From NCBI RefSeq assembly GCF_044704955.1, contig NC_091999.1, forward strand, positions 10,416,001 through 10,480,000: a DNA stretch of 64,000 nucleotides, in the 5' to 3' direction. The stretch comes from Pristiophorus japonicus (lineage: Eukaryota). The notes below the pieces were generated by a model. That model worked only from the letters and a program-made list of their open reading frames with translations, was not told the DNA's origin and did not search any database. The translations under genes were made by a program, and so were the position numbers. How positions within the stretch are numbered: position 1 is the stretch's first letter; each line of letters opens with the position of its first letter. Below are positions 38,471 to 50,500 of the stretch, in pieces.

Positions 38471-41400
38471 CTTGTGCAGCTCCAGCTGGGAGAGAAAGCA
38501 AAAAAGAAGTAAAAAGAAATCAAAAGGTGACGTCACTGCCAAGGCGGTAAGTGATTGGCTGTTGATTGGTGAGTAGCTTTTATTTTTATTTTTTATATCA
38601 GTAAGTAACCTGTTAGCATTGTTGTTTCCAATTTAAGGGTATCTAAGGGTTAAGTCATGGCAGGACAGCTCGGTCACGTTATATGCTTCTCCTGTACCAT
38701 GTGGGAACTCAGGGACACTTGCAGGAAGTATATCCGCCTCCAGCTCCTGATGGTTCGCGTTGCGGAATTGGAGCTGAGGGTGGATTCACTCTGGAACATC
38801 CACGATGCTGAGAATGACTTCAGTAGCACGTGTAGCGAGTTGGTCTTACCACAGAAGAAGGGTCCAAAGCCAGAATGGGAATGGAAGACCTGCAGGAAGA
38901 GCAGTGCAAGCAAGGTAGGGCAGGGGTCCCCTGCGGTCATCCCCCTACAAAACTGATACACTGCTTTGAGTGCTGTTGAGGGCGATGACTCATCAGGGAA
39001 GGGCAGCAGCACCAAGTTCATGGCACCGTGGCTGGCTCTGTTGCACAGGAGGGCAGGAAAAAGTGTGGGAGTGCGATAGTGATAGGGGATTCAATCGTAA
39101 GGGGATAGATAGGCGTTTCTGCACCTGTAACCGAGACTCCAGCATGGTATGTTGCCTCCCTGGTGCAAGGGTCAAGGATGTCTCGGAGCGGGTGCATGGC
39201 ATTCTAAAAAGGGAAGGAGAACAGCCAGTTGTCGTGGTGCACATTGGTACCAACGACAAAGGTAAAAAAAGGGATGAGGTCCGATGAGACGAATTTAAGG
39301 AGCTAGGAGCTAAATTAAAAAGTAGGACCTCAAAGGTAGTAATCTCGGGATTGCAACCGGTGCCACGTGCTCGTCAGAGTAGGAATCGCAGGATAGCACA
39401 GATGAATACGTGGCTTGAGCAGTGGTGCAGCAGGGAGGGATTCAAATTCCTGGGGCTTTGGAACAGGTTCTGGGGGAAATGGGACCAGTACAAACCGGAC
39501 AGTCTGCACCTGGGCATGACCGGAAACAATGTCCTCGGGGGAGTGTTTGCTAGTGCTGTTGGGGAGTTGTTAAACTAATATGGCAGGGGGATGGGAACCA
39601 ATGCAAGGAGACAGAGAGAAACAAAAAGGAGAAAAAAGCAAAAGCCAGAAAGGAGATGAGTAAAAGTGGAGGATAGAGAAACCCAAGGCAAGAAACAAAA
39701 AGAGCCACTGAATATAAAGGAGCTGCAGGAGGGGTCAAAACTAAAAATCATGGTTTAAAAACTAGGATTAAAACAGTCTACCTAAATGCACGCAGCATTC
39801 GAAATAAAGTAAATGAGTTGACGGCACAAATCATTACAAATGGGTATGATTTGGTGGCCATTACAGAAACATAGTTGCAGGGTGGCCAAGACTGGTAATT
39901 AAACATACAGGTGTATCTGACGATTCGGAAAGATAGACAAGAAGGGAAAGGAGGTGGGGTAGCTCTGTTAACAAAGGATGATATCAAGGCAGTTGTGAGG
40001 GACGATATTGGCTCCAATGAGCAAAATGTTGAATCATTGTGGGTGGAGATTAGAGATTGCAAGGGCAAAAAGTCACTGGTCGGCGTAGTTTATAGGCCCC
40101 CAAATAATAACTTCAAGGTGGGACGAGCAATAATCAAGGGAATAATGGAGGCATGTGAAAAAGGAACTGTAGTACTCATGGGGGATTTTAACCGACATAT
40201 CGATTGGTCAAATCAAATCGCACGGGATAGCCTGGAGGAGGAATTAATAGAATGCATACGGGATTTTTTCTGAGAACAGTATGTAACAGAACCTACAAGG
40301 GAGCAAGCCATCTTAGATCTGGTCCTGTGAAATGAGGCAGGAAAAATAAACGATCTCCGAGTAAAAGATCCTCTCGGAATGAGTGATCACAGTATTGTTG
40401 AATTTGTAATACAGATTGAGGGTGAGGACGTTGTGTCAGAAACGAGCGTACTATGCTTAAACAAAGGGGACTACAGTGGGATGAGGGCAGAGTTGGCTAA
40501 AGTAGACTGGAAACAAAGACTAAATGGTGGCACAATTGAGGAACAGTAGAGGACTTTTATGGAGCTCTTTCATAGTGCGCAACAAAAATATATTCCAGTG
40601 AAAAAGAAGGGCGGCAAGAGAAGAGATAACAGGCCGTGGATAACAAAGGAGATAAAGGAGAGTATCAAATCAAAGACCAATGCGTATAAGGTGGCCACGT
40701 TTAGTGGGAAACTAGAGGATTGGGAAAATGTTAAGCAACAGCAAAGAATGACGAAAAAAGCAAGAAAGAAAGGAAAGATAGATTTTGAAGGTAAACATGC
40801 GCAAAACATAAAAATGAACAGTAAAAGCATTTACAGATATATAAAACGGAAAAGAGTGACTAAAGTAAATGTTGGTCCCTTAGAAGATGAGAAGTGGGAT
40901 TTAATAATGGGAAATGTGGAAATGGCTGAGACATTAAACAATTATTTTGCTTCGGTCTTCACAGTGGAAGATACAAGAACCATGCAAAAAATTGCTGGTC
41001 ACAGGAATGTGGGAGGGGATGACCTTGAGACAATCACTATCACTCGGGGGATAGTGCTGGACAGGCTAATGGGACTCAAGGTAGACAAGTCCTCTGGTCC
41101 TGATGAAATGCATCCCAGGGTATTAAAAGAGATGGCAGAAGTTATAGCAGACGCATTCGTTATAATCTACCAAAATTCTCTGGAATCTGGGGAGGTACCA
41201 GCGAATTGGAAAGCAGCTAATGTAACGCCTCTGTTTAAAAAATGGGGCAGGCAAAAGGCAGGTAACTATAGGCCGATTAGCTTAACATCTGTAGTGGGGA
41301 AAGTGCTTAAAACTATCATTAAGGAAGAAGTAGCGGGACATCTAGATAGGAATAGTGCAATCAAGCAGACGCAACATGGATTCAAGAAGTGGAAATCATG

Positions 41401-42672
41401 TTTAACTAATTGACTGGAATTCTTTCAGGATATAACGAGCATGGTGGATAGAGATGTACCGATGGATGTGATGTATTTGGATTTCCAAAAGGCATTCGAT
41501 AAGGTGCCACACACAAGGTTACTGCAGAAGGTAAAGGTACACGGAGTCAAAGGAAATGTATTAGCATGGATCGAGAATTGTCTGGCTGAAAGAGATCAGA
41601 GACTCGGGATAAATCGGTCCTTTTCGGGTTGCAAATCGGTGGTTAGTGGTGTGCCACAGGGATCGGTGCTTGGACCACAATTGTTTACAATATACATAGA
41701 TGACCTGGAAGAGGGGACAGAGTGTATTGTAACAAAATTAGCAAATGACAGTAAGATTAGTGGGAAAGCGGATTGTGTAGAGGACACAGCGAGGCTCCAA
41801 AGAGATTTGGATAGGTTAAGCGAATCGGCTAAGGTTTGGCAGATGGAATAAAAAGTCGGAAAGTGTGAGGTCATCCACCTTGGGGGAAAAAAACAGTGAA
41901 GGGGAATATTATTTGAATGGGGAGAAATTCCAACATGCTGAGGTGCAGAGGGACCTGGGGGTCCTTGTGCATGAATCTCAAAAAGTTAGTTTGCAGGTGC
42001 AGCAGGTAATCAGGAAGGCGAATGGAATGTTGGCCTTCATTGCCAGAGGGGTGGAGTACAAAAGCAGGGAGGTCCTGCTGCAACTGTACAGGGTATTGGT
42101 AAGGCTGCACCTGGAGTACTGCGTGCAGCTTTGGTCACCTTTCTTAGGAAGGATACACTGGCTTTGGAGGGGGTACAGAGACGATTCACTCGGATAATTC
42201 GGAAATGAGGGGGTTACCTTATGATGATAGATTGAGTAGACTGAGTCTTTACTCGGAGTTCAGAAGGATGAGGGGTGATCTTATAGAAACATTTAAAATC
42301 ATGAAAGGGATAGACAAGATAGAGACAGAGAGGTTGTTTCCACTTGTAGGGGAGACTAGAACTAGGGGGCACAGCCTCGAAATACGGGGGAGCCAATTTA
42401 AAACCGAGTTGAGAAGGAATTTCTTCTCCCAGAGGGTTGTGAATCTGTGGAATTCTCTGCCCAAGGAACCAGTTGAGGCTAGCTCATTGAATGTATTCAA
42501 TTCACAGATAGATAGATTTTTAACCAATAAGGGAATTAAGGGTTATGGGGAGCGGGCGGGTAAGTGGAGCTGAGTCCAAGGCCAGATCAACCATGATCTT
42601 ATTGTATGGCGGAGCAGGCTCGAGGGGCTAGACGTCCTACTCCTGTTCCTAATTCTTATGTTCTTATGTTCT
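37122..42672 (+). mobile_element. Full-length (degenerate) CR1 LINE: monomer 5'UTR, ORF1 ~38657-39578 (Zn-finger/leucine zipper plus SGNH esterase), ORF2 ~39580-42573, (ttcttatg)n tail
   Basis: MAGQLGHVICFSCTM..LQLL..RVAELE; VIGDS, PGARV, VHIGTND; endonuclease and RT motifs with stops and frameshifts; no TSD. Confidence 0.93.
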
Positions 42673-43417
42673 TTAGTGGTGCAGACTCCGTCTCACAGCG
42701 GCCGGTTACAGCGATACAGTATGAACGAGATTCAGTGAAAATTAATTACAGCTTTCCTACCACTGCTGGTTCTTATTCCTTTCAGCTGTACCGTCAGGAC
42801 AGGGACAAAGGTCCCAAATCCTAATTTACAGTCCTTCCTATGGGTATGCTGTCAGAGCAGTGGACACAGGTGCTCGATTTTCTGCATCTCTCGACAGTTC
42901 AAAAAGTGAGGGGAACTTCACCATCGGTGGCCTGCGGCTGACTAACAGTGCGGTGTATTACTGTGCGCTGAAAGACACAGTGATAGGAACCAGAGGGTGC
43001 CTCGTGCAACAACCCTGCTACAATCTGACATGGACAACAGAATAGTGGGCAAAGTGGGGAGAACTTATCGAAGGAGAGTTTCCATGGAAACCAAATAAAT
43101 AATTAGCTACCCAACTAACAATACAGAACTGGCATAAAGTTTATTATTTTAATCATAATAAACGTGCAGTTAATTTCATAATAAATTGTCTGATTGCACA
43201 ATGCTTCCAATCTCTCTTCATGTCATTGACACATCCACTTTCAATCTTAGTGAAATGTATACAAAGCAAGTTCTCAGTCAGTGTCAGAATTGCACTCAGA
43301 CCTGCCGCACCAGTCGGCAGGAGATGAAATAAACGGAGGGGTACATTCTGTAACGATTTAAGAAACTATAGATGTGTCAAAAACCTTCAGAACAACGAGA
43401 TCGCCCATGAAATGTGA

Positions 43418-43756
43418 CCCCGTGAGACTCAGCTTCCAACCTTAGCGGCTGGCCAGGGTGCTGATTGTACCAGAACATATAATGTGCAGCACCGCTGCTG
43501 GTTTTCAAGCTGCAAGTTAGTATGACATTACTTTCCTCTTCAACCATCATTTCAGGAATTGGCTGTTGCACTGTGTCTTGGTGGCTGCAGACTGACATAA
43601 AATAATAGCAGCAATAATCATCCTCATCATCATCACTTGACCAATAATAACATCTGGGTTACAGCATTGAAAGGAAGACTGGAGTTTTAGCGGGAGACCT
43701 TTAGTTACTGAGATGTGATGATAAATGAGGAGGAGCAGTTTGAGACCGTTCCACAT
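43418..43756 (-). pseudogene. TCR V pseudogene, family Z, copy B
   Basis: Leader MWNGLKLLLLI; QDTVQQPIPEMMVEEESNVILTCSLKTSSGAAHYMFWYNQHPGQP, then the same deletion as copy A. Confidence 0.82.
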
Positions 43757-44413
43757 GATGATCCCTGAGTCTGTAACTGCACAGTCCGGGAAATCCTCTG
43801 TCGGAGCAGATATATAGACAGGGCCCTACTGCACACCTGATCCAAACAAAACCAGTGGAAGCAATCTGTCCAATAGCACAGGGCTACAAAACAGTTTCAC
43901 AAGGAGAGCAGCAAATGGATTAGTTGCGTGCAGCTGCCACAGGCACAAAACTGAGTGAATTCAAGGCTTTGATTATCCACACAAACTGCGTGGCGCCACT
44001 CAGCTGCACTCGGAGTGCATTGGCGGAAAGGGTGATGGTTGGCTCTGGAGGTCTGTGGTCTAACCGCTTCTGCTTACTGAGCAAGTGACAGGGAATAAAG
44101 AGAGTTTGGGGGAAAGGAAGGGATTGTACAGCTTCAGAAATAATCAGCAGCTTCAGTCAGTTCTAATTTGCAGTATTGAAACACAATATCTGGCACATGT
44201 GTTTTATATATAATCAACGAAGCCGAAATCCCCATAAAGACCTTATTCTGAATAAATGACGCCAACAGAAGGCGCCGATGTCAAACATGGTCATTAGAGA
44301 GTCACGTGATGTAAGCACGTGTAGATGGGAGAATAAACACACTGACACAGATAGGCGCAAGTTTAGATCACTGCTGGTTAACTTCCTGTTCTTTTACTGC
44401 CCAATCTTCATAG

Positions 44414-44719
44414 ATAGATTTTGTACAGATCCAGTCATCAATCTCCGTTGAGCAGGGTCTTCGGTGAGGTTAGATTGTGAACGTACAACCACGGATATTT
44501 ACTACATAGAATGGTATCGGCAGAAACCGGAACAGCCTCGAAGCTGGGCAATTAGCAAAGTAGCAGCTTTGAAGGGTGTCGAAATCTCTGGTGGACGCTA
44601 ACTTCTCTAGAAAGTACGGTTAACTCAAGATAAGCGGTCTGAGTTGGGTGGACGGGGTGTCCCAATACTGTGCCGTGAGGCACTGCGTCAGATAAAAGCA
44701 ACGTCTTCGTACAAAAACC
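44414..44719 (+). pseudogene. TCR V pseudogene, family Q, copy B (leader deleted)
   Basis: VRLDCERTTTDIYYIEWYRQKP; ends YCAVR; RSS CACTGCG (44681-44687) - 23 - ACAAAAACC (44711-44719). Confidence 0.85.
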
Positions 44720-44779
44720 TCAGCGAACATTAGCAACTCCATTAATTCATCATTGTTGCGTTTATCTGTGGATTTAATT

Positions 44780-45170
44780 TGATCCCAAAGTCACGGCGAC
44801 AAAAGCCTGTCAGGTTGCTAGATCTCAGAGTTGTTTTCGTGTCCTTCTCTTTGTCCAAATCAGCACAAAAGCGGTGAGGGGAATCTGGAGAATTTTCTCG
44901 GTGCTTACCAGCGATATTGAAGTACCAATAGAGAGAGGAAAACTATCGGATCTGGAGAAACTACAGTTCAGTGTAAGTTTGATCTTCCAGAACCGTTAAT
45001 TCAGAGGGATAAAGGGACACTATGTCTCCGCTACTCGTTCCTGAATCAAAATATAGAATGTCTTAAAAGTCTGGGACTAAATATAACCGATGAAGAACAT
45101 GCTGATCATTTAAGCAAAATTCACCGGGCAGGACGACCATTATCAACAGTAATTAATGTGGGGAACACAT
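44780..45170 (-). pseudogene. TCR V pseudogene, P' family, copy B (no RTE insert)
   Basis: Paralog of 17755-18379; ATG at 45170, GTGAA donor, LYWY motif, truncated 3' end. Confidence 0.7.
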
Positions 45171-46806
45171 GGCGTCCGGTTTAGTGTTCAACAGAACAAA
45201 GCAACATGTTGATGCTATGTTGATCCTTCTCGTCTTGTATTAAAGGGTAATCTGAGAACAGGGGCAGGCATCACGTAATTGCAGACTGAGGGGCGGTTTC
45301 CAGGGACAGTGTTATATTTCACCTAGCACTCTGATAACCGCACAGGTTATGAGCGATTAGCCCCGCAGCCACCCCGACCACCACCTCGGGCCGGGCAGGT
45401 TTCTAGACGGTCTCTGCTGATCTTTGCGGCACAGTATCACCGTAGGACATGGGCTCTATTCTATCTTCACCAACAACCCCTTTAAATACAGTTATATTTC
45501 CCGTTGCCATAAGTTGCATTGAATAAAGTTAGCAACTTTTCGATCGGAATATCTAACCGATGGTGAGGGAGTATCCCGCGCAATTGTGCTGCTGGTAAAT
45601 GGAACCAAATGAATTAATTGAAGAACAGAATTTTAACTCCGCCCCTAATTCAGCTCATAGTCGGGTGAAACCCTCATCCATGCCTTTGAAACCTCGAAGC
45701 TCGACTATTCCATGTTCCACTGACCGGCCTCACAGCGTGCACCCACCGTAAACATCAGCTCATCCAAAGCTCTGCTGCCTGGATATTAACTCGTGCCACA
45801 TTCCGTTGACCCATCACGTCTGTGCTCGCTGACCTGCATTGGCTCCCGGTCCAACAACGCCTCGTGTTTAAAATTTACCTTCTTTTTCGAACATCTTCAC
45901 ATTGTCTCGCTTATCTCTGTCGCTGGGTCCACTCCAGCCCAACAACCCTCAAAATCTCTGCTCTGTGGAAGAGAGAAAAAAGATGAAATATGTTTGGTCT
46001 ACAATTACCGATCAGAAAAGCTCCACATAAGCCCGATGCTGAGTAGCCAACTTGAAGTTGTATACTCTCTAAAAGGGGTTTTGGATGTTTGGAGACATAC
46101 GTTCTAATCCCCACCCTCAATAATCTGCTGTCATGTCTCAGGATGCTCTCACCGCACTTCCTTGTTTCCTCCGTCCTTCTGTGAGTCCGGTCGGTGAGGA
46201 GCTGCCTACCAGTGAATGGAAAGACGCTCAACTGGGCCACAGTCAGTGTCCTAAGAAGGGAATGGTTAACATTTTTGAGACGGTGAGTGCGAATGAGCCC
46301 CTTGCCTGTTTGTTGCAAACCGGAAGCTGCGGGATTGTTATTGGTGACAGGAAACATTCCAGAATTAAAGAGACTTTCTGAAGGACGGTGGAGATTGGGG
46401 GAACTCTGTGCTTGGGGCTTGTTTGGAAGAGCGTAGTCATGACCTTGTGCAATCTATTGATTGTGCATGAACAGACTCCGACTCAGCAACATACTCTGAT
46501 CAAATAAAGTCTGTGTAAATGCCACGATCACTGGGTTCTGGAAACTGACAGAGGAGATATGCAAACAGATGCACAATACTGTAGGCTGGTACCGAAAGAA
46601 CATCAAAGGATAAAGGGTAAATTAAGGCGATAGAAGTGGATTTATAAGTTGATTTTTAGTACGAGTACGAGTTTAAATCACTTAATAAAATTCTACAAGT
46701 GGACCTCACCTCTTTTTGTTCAGAGTTGTGTTTTGTCACCCTTTTAAGAATGACCCTGTGACTCTCACTTTGGAGTTCAAATTTTTGCTTCTGTGTATCC
46801 GTGTGA

Positions 46807-46822
46807 GGGCGCCCTCTGGTGA
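46807..46822 (-). promoter_or_regulatory. CTCF-like motif just 3' of the RSS of the inverted P V
   Basis: Reverse strand TCACCAGAGGGCGCCC. Confidence 0.65.
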
Positions 46823-46846
46823 GCACTGAATGGAATTTTCAGTATG

Positions 46847-46886
46847 AGTATTTGTACGAGGTCCTCTATATCTCTGCAGCACTGTG
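46847..46886 (-). other. RSS with 24-nt spacer
   Basis: Reverse strand CACAGTG (46880-46886) - 24 nt - ACAAATACT (46847-46855). Confidence 0.88.
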
Positions 46887-47319
46887 GGCTTCATGGCACA
46901 GAAATATGTGGCGGCATCGGAGACAAGCGTCCCGGCGATGTTTAAAGGAACCGTTTTATTTGTTTTGTTCATATCAGCAGAGAATCTGACTGGTAAACCT
47001 GGAGACTTGTCTCCGCCTCCTGAGATATACCTCTTCAGTAAATATCTCGGAGCTTCTCCAGGATATTGTATGTACCAGAACAGAGTTAAACCAGCTGTCG
47101 AGTAACTGCAGCTCAGGATTGTGTTCTGTCCTTCCTGAACCGTTAATTCAGGCGGATCCTGGAGCACCTTATCTTCGCCATTGATTCCTGTAACAAATCA
47201 GAGAATGTATCAAAACTTCTGCGTGTGAACATAACCCATGGAACTCAAACTGGCCGTTTAAACGTAGACTCACCGTACAGCACGAACATTATTATTAGGA
47301 GGAAACTTGGGGAGCGCAT
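46887..47319 (-). CDS. TRAV: TCR alpha/delta V segment, family P, fully canonical and inverted (exon 1 47319-47274, exon 2 47187-46887)
   Basis: MRSPSFLLIIMFVLY-G; INGEDKVLQDPPELTVQEGQNTILSCSYSTAGLTLFWYIQYPGEAPRYLLKRY...VSDAATYFCAMK; Cys23, Trp41 and Cys104 intact. Confidence 0.95.
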
Positions 47320-47579
47320 GGTGAATTGTATAAAGTTCGACAAAATATAGCAGAATGTTCTCAATATTCTCGTCGTTTATTCAGGATTAAACGTAGATCA
47401 GGCTCAGACTTCACTGATTGGGTGGCTGAGGGTGTTTCCCAGGGACAGGATTGGCTATTAACTCAGAACCGACAATTCTGTGAACCAATCAGTTGCGGAC
47501 TAATCACTTTCTCGGCCGATTCCTTTTTCTGTCTCTGTCTTTGTTAGTGTCTCCACCTCTCTGTTTGTTTCGGCGATGT

Positions 47580-50500
47580 TAAGGGAACGTCGTGTTTGAC
47601 TAACTTGATTTAATTTTTTGAGGTGGTAACAAGGATTGTCGATGAACCAGTGTGCATGAATTTTAGCAATGATTTTGAGAATGTGCCACGTGGTAGGCTG
47701 AACAAAAAAGTAAAAGCCCGTGGGATCCAAGGGAGAATGGCAAATTGGATTAAAATTGGCTCAGTGGCAGCAAGCAAAGTTTAAATGCTGGCGAGTGCTT
47801 TTGCGATTGGAAGGTTCTTTGCAGTGAGGTTCCACCGGGCTCAGTGCTCGGTCACTTGCTGTCCGAAATATATTTTCATACTTACTGCTTAAATGTAGAT
47901 TGCATGATCAAGAGGTTTGCAGCTGATACAAATATTTGCCTTGTGGTTGACAGTGAGGAAGAAAGCTTTGACTGCAGGAATATATCGATCAACTGCTCAG
48001 TGGAGCAGAAAAAGGGATAATGGAATGTAATCAGGAGAATTGTGACGTCATGCTATTGGGGAGGTGCAACAAGAAAATGGATCGCATAACAAGTGGAGGA
48101 TTTTAAGAGGTGTGGAGGTGCGGAAGGACATAACAACACAAGAAAATAAGAAATAGGAACAGGAGTAGGCCATATGGCCCCCGAGCCTGCTCCGCCATTC
48201 AAAAAGATCATGGCTGATCTGATCATGGACTCAGGCCCACTTCCCCACCCATTCCCCATAAACCCTTATCCCCTTATCGCTTAAGAAACTATTTCCATCT
48301 TAAATGTATTCAATGTCCCAGCTTCCACAGCTCTTTGAGGCAGATAATTCCGTATTTACAACTCTCTGAGAGAATAATTTCTCCTCATCTCTGTTTTAAA
48401 TGGGCGGCCCCTTATTCTAAGTTCATGCCCTCTAGTTCTGATCTACCCCATCTCTGCATCCACTTTGGCAAGCACCCTCATAGCCTTATACGTATCGATA
48501 ATCTCACCTCTAATTCTTCCGAATTCCAATGAGTAGAGGCCCAAACGACTCAACCATTCATCATAAGTCAACACGTTCATCCCATGAATCAACGTAGTGA
48601 AGCTCCTCTGAACTACCTCCAGAGCAAGTATATCCTTTCTTAAATATGGAAAACAGGTGTGGCCTCAGCAATATCTGCTATAGCTGTAGTAAGACTTCAC
48701 TGCTTTTATACTCCATCCCTTTTGCAATAAAGGCCAAGATAACATTGGCCTTCCTGTTCATTTGCTGTACCATCATAAGATCCTTTTGTCTTTCATGCAC
48801 AAGTACCCCAGGTCCCGCTGTACTGCGGAACTTTGCAATCTTTCCTCATTTAAATAATAACTTGCATTTTGATTTTTTTCTGCCAAAGTGCATGACCTCA
48901 CACGTTCTAACATTAAACTCCATCTGCTAAATCTTTGACCACTAACTTAGCCTGTCTATGTCCTTTTGCAGATTTTTTGTGTCCGCCTCAGACATTGCTT
49001 TTCCTCCCATCTTTGTATCATCAGCAAACTTGGATACGTTACACTCCGTCCCTTCTTCCAACTCGTAAATATAGAATGTCAATAGTTGGGGTCCCAGTAC
49101 TGATTCCTATGTCGCACCACTAGTTACTGGGGTGTTTGTCCACAGATCCTTAAAGGTTGCACGATAGGCCGATAATGTACTTGAAAGGCATATGGAATGC
49201 TTTCCTTTATTAGCCGTGGCGTAGACTAAAAGAGCAGTGAAGCTATGCTAGAACTGTATACAAAACTAGTTAGCCCACAGCTTGAGTACTGCATATAGAT
49301 CTGGTCACCACATTACAGGAAATATGTAACTGCATCCGAGAGCATACAGAGGAGATTTACAAGGAATTTGCCAGGAGTGGAAATGTTTTAGCTATGATAA
49401 AATATTGGAGAGGCTGGGGTTGTTATCTTTCGACCAGAGGAGGCTGAGGCAAAATTTAATTAAATTGCATAGAATTATGAGGAGCCTTGATACAGGAGAT
49501 AGGAATGACCTAATCCTTACCAGAGGGTGAATAACGAGGGGCGGGGATAGGATCAAGGTTGTTGGTAAAAGAATTCGAGGCGAGATGAGGAAATGTAAAT
49601 TCACCAAGAGGGTGGTGGGGGTCTACAACTCACTACCAGAAAGGGTGGCCGAGGTAGAAAACCTCATCACTTTGAAAAAGTACTTGCAGACCCGTGACGT
49701 GCAGGGTTGTGAAAATAATGTCTGAAATTGGGAAAAGGCACGATCGCTATTTGTCAACACGATGGGTCGAATGGCCACCTTGTATGTTGTAATTTATGAT
49801 TCTATGATTCTACCGTGTCTGTGTGTGTCCCACTCTTCCGTTCGCTCTCCCTGCTGTGTTACAATTTGTCTGAATCTCTAGCTTCAACACCACATGGTGC
49901 TCCATTGATAGTATCAGTTATAATATATAAAACATTACTAAAGCGCAATAACATATTTAAAATGGCAGCAGTCACAGCAAGATCCAAACGTTTATTCATT
50001 AAGCAGGAATCATGATACGGTTCTACATCCTTTGTATTTGCCCCCGGTTCCGCAGAATTGGAATCTGTTTGTTTTAATGTTGTTTTGAACATAAGAACAT
50101 AGGAATTAGGAAGAGGAGTAGGTCATCTAGCACCTCGAGCCTGTTCCGCTACTCAACAAGATCATGGCTGATCTGGCCGTGGACTCTGCTCCACTTACTC
50201 GCCCGCTCCCCATAACCCTTAATTACCTGATTGGTTAAAAATCAATATAAATGTGATTTGAATACATTCAATGAGCTAGCCTCAACTGCTTCCCTGGGCA
50301 GAGAATTCCACAGATTCACAACCCTCTGGGAGCAGAAATTCCTTCTCAACTCGGTTTTAAATTGGCTCCCCCGTATTTTGAGGCTTTGCCCCCTAGTTCT
50401 AGTCTCCACTACTAGTGGAAACAACCTCTCTCTGCCTCTATCTTGTCTATCCCTTTCATTATTTTAAATGTTTATATAAGATCACCCTTCATCCTAAGGG

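Larger units (their letters stand above)
36911..43014 (+). pseudogene. TCR V pseudogene, family W, copy B: leader 36911-36962, V exon split by a CR1 (resumes 42673-42975), 23-RSS
   Basis: Leader MLGVNFYSAVTAAALLT-G; SGADSVSQRPVT; Cys23->Tyr; 1-nt deletion at GP; AVYYCALK; CACAGTG (42976-42982) - 23 - GCAACAACC. Confidence 0.9.
26071..45402 (+). repeat. Segmental duplication cassette B
   Basis: Same gene order and intergenic sequence as cassette A; longer because of CR1 insertions at 32447-35668 and 37122-42672. Confidence 0.9.

Noticed and set aside
42987-43001. CTCF-like GAACCAGAGGGTGCC inside the RSS spacer
   Set aside because: Not conserved in the intact paralog (gatcggagggtgcc); probably chance.
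44414-44719. Leaderless V as a NAR-TCR supporting V delta
   Set aside because: Its paralogs have a leader that was simply deleted here; the exon has stops and frameshifts; no upstream NAR-type V, D or J is visible.
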